A stretch of DNA of 32,000 bases, taken from assembly GCF_000012925.1 (NCBI RefSeq), contig NC_007517.1:3330001-3362000 (forward strand). The letters run 5' to 3'. The DNA comes from Geobacter metallireducens GS-15. Its GTDB lineage: Bacteria; Desulfobacterota; Desulfuromonadia; Geobacterales; Geobacteraceae. Every line of letters begins with the position of its first letter. The stretch's first letter is position 1. A program made the translations under genes and the position numbers. Shown piece after piece: positions 25,101 to 30,326 of the stretch. The notes below the pieces were generated by a model. The model did no database searches, was not told the DNA's origin, and saw nothing but the letters and a program-made list of their open reading frames with translations.

Positions 25101-25167
25101 GTCTTAGTTCTCTGTATAACGGGGCTGCGCCTGACCTGCCGGGCAGCCTTATCGCCCGGTCATGGTC

Positions 25168-26538
25168 TTAGCGCAAGTTGGGTGCTAGGTCGGTGTTAGT
25201 TATCACAGATGACAAATCCCATTCTGCTATTCCTTCTAACCCCTTGGCTAAATATGTTGCCTTTGTGGGTGAAAACGAGCTGACTGTGCAGCCAAATGTT
25301 CTGCTGATTTCCTCTTTATGATCTTTTGGCAATTGTTCCCACCAAATTGGAGAAATGGCGTGATTTTCACAGGCGGAAATCACCAAGCGGAAAAGCATAT
25401 CTGCGACACGGCTTCCAGTTGACATCTCTTCGAATAGTGACGACAGAAACCTATTGCAGATCTGAGAACTTGTATGGTGCCAAGCGAACAAAAACCCCCA
25501 TCCCTTCGCCATTGGTGCAGAACAAAAAGTAATGAGGTCAAAGTCATTCCGATGGTCGGCTAGATATTGTAGCTGTGTCCCTTTAAAGTCATAGTCAGGG
25601 TAGAATAAACCCGAAAATGCGATAGGTGGGGCGCCCTTGAACGTGAATAATGCATGCTTTATGTCATTAAAGGCTGATTTTCTCAATGAATCGTCATAAT
25701 TTGACTTGTGACGTTTGAGGTTTTTAAATCCAATTTCTGTTCCAGCTTTGAAAGCTTCTAGGTGGCCTCTTAAGAAGTTATTGGCTGGGATATCATTTAT
25801 CTTGTGGGTTATGAGATTTAACGCATTATCCTTAACGAAAACCTCTCGGCAAATGGACCTATAAGCATACAGGAACACTTGTTCATTTGTAGGAAGAAGC
25901 AGGCTATTATCTATAGGAGCAAAAAGTTCGTTATCGTGTTTTTTACAGAATCCTAGAAATGTTGATACGGTGCCTATGCCATTCAATTCATAAGCAGGTG
26001 CACCTCTGTTTTCCCTCAACGTAGTCATGTTCGCTGAAGGAGTATAAACATGGCCATCGCGCGATATTGCTGACAGCGCTTGATTCTTTTGGATTGAATG
26101 AGCATTTATATATTCACGACATCGGACTCCGCCATCGTAATGCAGGCATCTTCCTCGATTTTTTTCCTGTTTCTGCTTCCTTAAGTGAGATTCGACATTT
26201 GGTTTGAACGATGGCCTGATTGTAATAGGCTCTACAGACGTCTTTTTGTCTCTCGCCCATCCGACGTAAAAGAAGGCGAGCCCTTCCTGCTGGGCTTTTG
26301 CATATTGTTCTGCACCTATGTCCTCACCGACAAAGTTCTCTTGTGTTACTTCAATAGGTGGGGTTTCTACTCCTGTGATTAGCCAGTCGTATTTTGAAAC
26401 CTGGAATGTAGCTTTCGCAAAGGCAACTTCAGGGTCAGTTTCGAGAATCCAGCATCCCACCAAAGCTCCTTCTGCCATATCGTAATTTTCATTTTCTCGC
26501 GTAGGCACGACTTGAAGTTGCATGAAAAATGTCTTCAT
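25168..26538 (-). CDS. hypothetical protein A (456 aa) with central Cys/His motif reminiscent of His-Me-finger (HNH-like) nucleases
   Basis: The ORF is intact, with an ATG at 26538 and an AGGTGA RBS 5 nt upstream. The central block is GRCLHYDGGVRCREYINAHSIQKNQALSAISRDGHVY...FLGFCKKHDNELFAPID. No Walker A motif or TM helix was seen by eye. The family is not recognised. Confidence 0.6.
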   Translation of the reverse strand: MKTFFMQLQVVPTRENENYDMAEGALVGCWILETDPEVAFAKATFQVSKYDWLITGVETPPIEVTQENFVGEDIGAEQYAKAQQEGLAFFYVGWARDKKTSVEPITIRPSFKPNVESHLRKQKQEKNRGRCLHYDGGVRCREYINAHSIQKNQALSAISRDGHVYTPSANMTTLRENRGAPAYELNGIGTVSTFLGFCKKHDNELFAPIDNSLLLPTNEQVFLYAYRSICREVFVKDNALNLITHKINDIPANNFLRGHLEAFKAGTEIGFKNLKRHKSNYDDSLRKSAFNDIKHALFTFKGAPPIAFSGLFYPDYDFKGTQLQYLADHRNDFDLITFCSAPMAKGWGFLFAWHHTSSQICNRFLSSLFEEMSTGSRVADMLFRLVISACENHAISPIWWEQLPKDHKEEISRTFGCTVSSFSPTKATYLAKGLEGIAEWDLSSVITNTDLAPNLR

Positions 26539-26560
26539 TTTTATTCACCTAACTCGATAT

Positions 26561-26592
26561 TGAGCGGTTCACGTGCGCGCGTGAACCGCTCA
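26561..26592. repeat. perfect 13-bp GC-rich inverted repeat (hairpin) between the TA pair and gene A
   Basis: TGAGCGGTTCACG (26561-26573), a 6-nt loop TGCGCG, then CGTGAACCGCTCA (26580-26592). It lies 23 nt upstream of the gene A start and 64 nt downstream of the antitoxin stop. No U-tract follows on the minus strand. Confidence 0.7.
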
Positions 26593-26655
26593 TCTACCCA
26601 AATAGAACATTTCGCTGGCGGCGAAGAAAAAGCGCGGCACTTCCCCATCGAGCAC

Positions 26656-26997
26656 TCAGGCCGCTTTCAGCATAAAATCCACATGCACCGCGTCAAAGGG
26701 AAAGACAATCAGCCCTTTGTCAGTTTTCTGCACTATCCCAGCCTTGAGCAGCACATGCACATCGGCATGCACCGCTTTTACATCCCTCTTCATTCGGCGG
26801 GCTGCCTCACGAATTGTCATCGGTCCGGCACCGGTCATAACTTTGAGCAGATCCCAGCGCCGGCCCGAAATCACCTTGAACAGGAGTTCGGGCGACTCGA
26901 AACTGATAAAGGCCCCTTGCGATTCGTCATCGAACGCCCGCAGAAACCTGCGATTGATTTTTTCACGGGAAGCAATTTCCAACGTTACGGTACGCAT
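26656..26997 (-). CDS. winged-helix/MarR-like DNA-binding protein, putative antitoxin partner of the DUF6516 gene
   Basis: The 113-aa product is MRTVTLEIASREKINRRFLRAFDDESQGAFISFESPELLFKVISGRRWDLLKVMTGAGPMTIREAARRMKRDVKAVHADVHVLLKAGIV.... A GGAGG RBS lies 7 nt upstream. Its ATG sits 1 nt after the upstream TAA (TAATATG). The longer 183-aa track ORF overlaps the toxin gene. Confidence 0.7.
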   Translation of the reverse strand: MRTVTLEIASREKINRRFLRAFDDESQGAFISFESPELLFKVISGRRWDLLKVMTGAGPMTIREAARRMKRDVKAVHADVHVLLKAGIVQKTDKGLIVFPFDAVHVDFMLKAA

Positions 26998-26998
26998 A

Positions 26999-27280
26999 TT
27001 AAAACCTCCGATTGTCCACATCTCTCCAGAAGTCATCCAACAGGTCCTGAGGCGAGGTAAAGGAATACGGCATTTCTTCTTCGCCCAGGTGCTTGTGATC
27101 ACCCTTGCCCGCCTCATTGTCATAGCGAAGCACACATTGCTCATCGACAACAAGGGCAAGTCGATACTTGAAGCCATGTGCGCTTCCGGGAAGAGGCGAC
27201 GGCACACGCCACACCACCATCTCTACAAACGCATTTTCAGAAATGATGTGGCGTTCGTTCAGAAGAAGTTTCGCATTCAT
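26999..27280 (-). CDS. DUF6516-family (TumE-like) putative toxin
   Basis: The 93-aa product is MNAKLLLNERHIISENAFVEMVVWRVPSPLPGSAHGFKYRLALVVDEQCVLRYDNEAGKGDHKHLGEEEMPYSFTSPQDLLDDFWRDV. The pattern ...KY.L.......v..YDNE.GKG.H.H... matches my recollection of DUF6516/TumE-type proteins. No SD precedes the ATG at 27280. Confidence 0.65.
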   Translation of the reverse strand: MNAKLLLNERHIISENAFVEMVVWRVPSPLPGSAHGFKYRLALVVDEQCVLRYDNEAGKGDHKHLGEEEMPYSFTSPQDLLDDFWRDVDNRRF

Positions 27281-27287
27281 GTTGGAG

Positions 27288-27329
27288 AGAGTAACAACGG
27301 CAATTAGTGTTGTCAACACCTACAACACT
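27288..27329 (-). promoter_or_regulatory. putative promoter plus operator of the DUF6516 TA operon
   Basis: The minus strand reads TTGACA (27316-27311), a 17-nt spacer, then TACTCT (27293-27288), with the ATG only 7 nt after the -10. The 13-bp palindrome GTGTTGTCAACAC (27307-27319) covers the -35. A second dyad is AGTGTTG (27306-27312) with CAACACT (27323-27329). Confidence 0.5.
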
Positions 27330-27344
27330 TCATTTTTATTCTCT

Positions 27345-28025
27345 TCATCCCCGCCGTAAAACATTCAACCTCCGCCCCGCATCAAGCACAACCCCCTCCG
27401 CCGTCCGGTGCCGGGCCAGAAACTCCCGCACCTCCTGCTGGAACGCCTCCGGCTTCTCCCCAAAGCCGGGGAGCTTCGTGGCGATGAAGTCATCCTCGTC
27501 GGCAAAGAGGAACCGGACCCGGAAGAGGACCGTCTCCCCCACGGTCCAGCCGTCAAGCCCGTGCATGGCGCGGATGGCGGCTTCCCGGCCGGGGCGCTCG
27601 TCGCCGCTGCCGGCGCCGAAGCGCTCCTTGGCCTCGGTGAAGGAGCCGCCGTCGCCGGGCTCCACCACGACGATGACGCCCCCGTCCCGCACAAGGCCGG
27701 CGGCGGCGCGGAGGCTTTCGTTCATCCGATCGAGGGGAACATGGTGGAGGGAGAGGGTATGGATGACCACATCGAAGGAGGCGGGGGGGAAGTGGAGGAC
27801 GCCATCGGGCATGGGGAGGAATTGGACGTTGGGGGCGGGGACGGCGGAGCGGGCCTTTGCCAGGGCAGTTTCGTCGGGATCCACGGCCACGACCCGGCGG
27901 GCGTGGCGGGCCAGATCACGGGTGATGCGGCCGGTGCCGCACCCCACTTCGAGGACCTCTTTCCCCGCCAGGTCGCAGTGGGCGGTGATGGTGCGGATGT
28001 ACTCGTCGGTCGGGTCCTGAAACAC
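27345..28025 (-). CDS. class I SAM-dependent methyltransferase
   Basis: Motif I is VLEVGCGTGRITRDLA, followed by VVAVDPD. The gene uses a GTG start at 28025, with GAGGGA upstream. G+C returns to the high host level here. Confidence 0.8.
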   Translation of the reverse strand: MFQDPTDEYIRTITAHCDLAGKEVLEVGCGTGRITRDLARHARRVVAVDPDETALAKARSAVPAPNVQFLPMPDGVLHFPPASFDVVIHTLSLHHVPLDRMNESLRAAAGLVRDGGVIVVVEPGDGGSFTEAKERFGAGSGDERPGREAAIRAMHGLDGWTVGETVLFRVRFLFADEDDFIATKLPGFGEKPEAFQQEVREFLARHRTAEGVVLDAGRRLNVLRRG

Positions 28026-28145
28026 GGCAATTCCCTCGTTTACCCCTGTTTTACATAAAAATTACAGTTACCAAACCTGCCGGGGGGTACAATTTCACCC
28101 GGACATTGCCCCCCTGACAGGGAGGCATGGATCACGGAGGATTCC

Positions 28146-29660
28146 ATGAACGTTCTTCTCGTCTACCCCCGCTACCCCGATTCCTTCTGGAGCTTCAGCC
28201 ACGCCCTGAAATTCGTCGGCAAGAAGGCTGCGTTCCCACCCCTGGGGCTCCTGACCGTTGCCGCCCTCTTCCCCGATTCCTGGGAAACGCGCCTCATGGA
28301 CCAGAATGTCCGGGAGGTCACCGACTCTGATCTCGCCTGGGCCGACATGGTCTTCGTGAGCGCCATGATCATCCAGCGGGACGCGGTGCGGGACCTCTTC
28401 GCCCGGTGCCGTACGCTCGGAGTCACCACCGTTGCCGGCGGCCCCCTCTTCACCACGGCGCCCGAGGAGTTCCCCGAGGCGGACCACCTGGTTCTGGGGG
28501 AGGCGGAGCTGACCTTCCCCCCCTTCCTGGAGGATCTGGCGGCGGGGCACGCCCAACGCTCCTACACCGCCAGCGGGCGGGCCGACCTGACCCGGACCCC
28601 GCTCCCCCGGTGGGAGCTTCTGGACATCGGGGACTACGCCGCCATGAACATCCAGTACTCCCGGGGGTGCCCCTTCGACTGCGAATTCTGCGACATCACC
28701 CAACTCTTCGGTCGCAGACCCCGCACCAAGAGCCGGGAACAGCTGGTGGCGGAGCTGGACAGCCTCCACATCCGCGGCTGGAAGGGGGGCGTCTTCTTCG
28801 TGGACGACAACTTCATCGGCGACCGGAACAAGCTGAAGCGGGAGCTCCTCCCCACCATCATCGCCTGGCAGGAGGCACACGGCCGCCCCTTCTCCTTTTT
28901 CACGGAGTCCTCCATCGACCTGGCCGACGACCCCCAACTCATGGCCCTCATGGTGGAGGCCGGGTTCACGGAGGTCTTTGTCGGCATCGAGACCCCCCAC
29001 GAGGAGGGGCTTGACGAAAGCGGCAAGGTGCAGAACCGTAACCGCGACCTCCTGGAGAGCGTCAAGCGGCTCCAGCGGGCGGGGCTCCAGGTGCAGGGGG
29101 GGTTCATCGTCGGCTTTGACAGCGACCCGGCCTCCATCTTCGAGAAGCAGATCCGCTTCATCCAGGAGAGCGGCATCGTCACCGCCATGGTGGGGATGCT
29201 CACGGCCCTGCGGGGAACCAAGCTCCACCAGCGCCTGGCCGACGAGGGGCGGCTGTTGCGGGACGCCTCCGGCAACAACACCGCCATCGCCCTCAACTTT
29301 GTCCCCCGAATGCCAACGGACGACCTCATCCGCGGCTATCGGCAGATCCTCAAGGGGATCTACTCCCCCCGCCCCTACTACCGGCGGATCATCACCTTCC
29401 TCAAGGAGTACCGGACCCCGCCGGGAGGGTTCCAGCCGAACCCGGCCCACCTCCGGGCCTTTTTCTCATCGATCCTGTTCCTGGGGGTGCTGGGAAGGGA
29501 GCGGTTCCAGTTCTGGAAGCTCTTCGCCTGGTCCTTGGTGCGGCGCCCCCGGCTCTTCCCCCTGGCCATCACCCTGGCCATCTTCGGGTTCCACTTCCGG
29601 AAGGTGGCCGAAGGCATCAGCGCCACCGGCATGTTCGAGGGGAAGGAGTGCGCGGAGTAG
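28146..29660 (+). CDS. B12-binding-domain radical SAM protein with DUF4070-like C-terminal region
   Basis: A GGAGG RBS precedes the start. The N-terminal Rossmann-like B12-binding region is MNVLLVYPRYP...GLLTVAALFP...VFVSAM. The radical SAM cluster motif is YSRGCPFDCEFC (CxxxCxxC). The long C-terminal extension is typical of the DUF4070 subgroup. Confidence 0.85.
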   Translation: MNVLLVYPRYPDSFWSFSHALKFVGKKAAFPPLGLLTVAALFPDSWETRLMDQNVREVTDSDLAWADMVFVSAMIIQRDAVRDLFARCRTLGVTTVAGGPLFTTAPEEFPEADHLVLGEAELTFPPFLEDLAAGHAQRSYTASGRADLTRTPLPRWELLDIGDYAAMNIQYSRGCPFDCEFCDITQLFGRRPRTKSREQLVAELDSLHIRGWKGGVFFVDDNFIGDRNKLKRELLPTIIAWQEAHGRPFSFFTESSIDLADDPQLMALMVEAGFTEVFVGIETPHEEGLDESGKVQNRNRDLLESVKRLQRAGLQVQGGFIVGFDSDPASIFEKQIRFIQESGIVTAMVGMLTALRGTKLHQRLADEGRLLRDASGNNTAIALNFVPRMPTDDLIRGYRQILKGIYSPRPYYRRIITFLKEYRTPPGGFQPNPAHLRAFFSSILFLGVLGRERFQFWKLFAWSLVRRPRLFPLAITLAIFGFHFRKVAEGISATGMFEGKECAE

Positions 29661-29679
29661 AGGGAAAATTTATTTTCGG

Positions 29680-29985
29680 CTAGGCCACGAGGCGTGTGTG
29701 AACTTCACGCTCGATTTTCGAGCCCAGTTCCCGTTCGGCGATCTTAAGGTCGTAACTGGTCTGCAGATTGAGCCAGAACTGCGGCGTTGTGCCGAAGTAC
29801 CGGGCCAGCCTGAGAGCCGTGTCGGGCGTAACGGCACGGCGCTCGCGCACGATGTCGTTGATGCGCGGCGCCGGCACCTTGAGTTCCAGCGCCAGCGCAT
29901 GGGCACTCATCCCCAGGGGGATCAGGAACTCCTCACGCAGCACTTCACCGGGATGAATGGGGCGCATTCTGTTGGTGGGGTTCAT
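29680..29985 (-). CDS. higA: HigA-family antitoxin (XRE HTH)
   Basis: The product is ...RPIHPGEVLREEFLIPLGMSAHALALELKVPAPRINDIVRERRAVTPDTALRLARYFGTTPQFWLNLQTSYDL, the canonical HigA signature. The start may be the ATG at 29985 or the internal Met at residue 7. Confidence 0.9.
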   Translation of the reverse strand: MNPTNRMRPIHPGEVLREEFLIPLGMSAHALALELKVPAPRINDIVRERRAVTPDTALRLARYFGTTPQFWLNLQTSYDLKIAERELGSKIEREVHTRLVA

Positions 29986-29999
29986 AACGTTTCATCTCC

Positions 30000-30278
30000 T
30001 CAATGGTAATCCACGATCTCCACATCAAAGGCGTTGCCATCCTCAAAGCGAAAGCAAAGGCGCCACTGATCGTTGATCCGGATGCTCCACTGTCCTTTGC
30101 GGTCACCGCGCAAGACTTCCAGGCGGTTGCCCGGGGGCGAGCGGAGATCTTCGGGCGAGTGGGCGTCATCAAGCATTTGCAGCTTTCGCTCGGCAACCGT
30201 AGAGAACGCCTTGAACCGACGCGGGCATTTCCCCTCGAACAAAGCCTGGGTGTCCTTGCAGCGGAATGACTTGATCAT
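30000..30278 (-). CDS. higB: HigB-family toxin (RelE-like, plasmid maintenance system killer)
   Basis: The 92-aa product is MIKSFRCKDTQALFEGKCPRRFKAFSTVAERKLQMLDDAHSPEDLRSPPGNRLEVLRGDRKGQWSIRINDQWRLCFRFEDGNAFDVEIVDYH, a canonical HigB. It lies upstream of higA, the order expected for this family. Confidence 0.9.
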   Translation of the reverse strand: MIKSFRCKDTQALFEGKCPRRFKAFSTVAERKLQMLDDAHSPEDLRSPPGNRLEVLRGDRKGQWSIRINDQWRLCFRFEDGNAFDVEIVDYH

Positions 30279-30284
30279 GGCAAA

Positions 30285-30313
30285 AAGATATAACGCTCCA
30301 CGTTAAACGTCAA
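30285..30313 (-). promoter_or_regulatory. putative higBA promoter with operator dyad
   Basis: The minus strand reads TTGACG (30313-30308), a 17-nt spacer, then TATCTT (30290-30285), with the ATG 6 nt after the -10 and no SD. The dyad ACGTT-A-AACGT (30300-30310) overlaps the -35 and spacer. Confidence 0.45.
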
Positions 30314-30326
30314 GCAGATTTACCCC

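Noticed and set aside
19893-27350. Direct repeats marking island att sites (TCCCCGCC occurs near both borders)
   Set aside because: An 8-mer of that composition is expected by chance in GC-rich DNA. There is no longer repeat, tRNA or integrase to support it.
28095-29450. 451-aa ORF antisense to the radical SAM gene (also 9103-9990, 6576-7493, 22075-22851 and many shorter track ORFs)
   Set aside because: These are antisense or out-of-frame shadows of well-supported genes in GC-rich DNA. None has a plausible start context or recognisable motifs.
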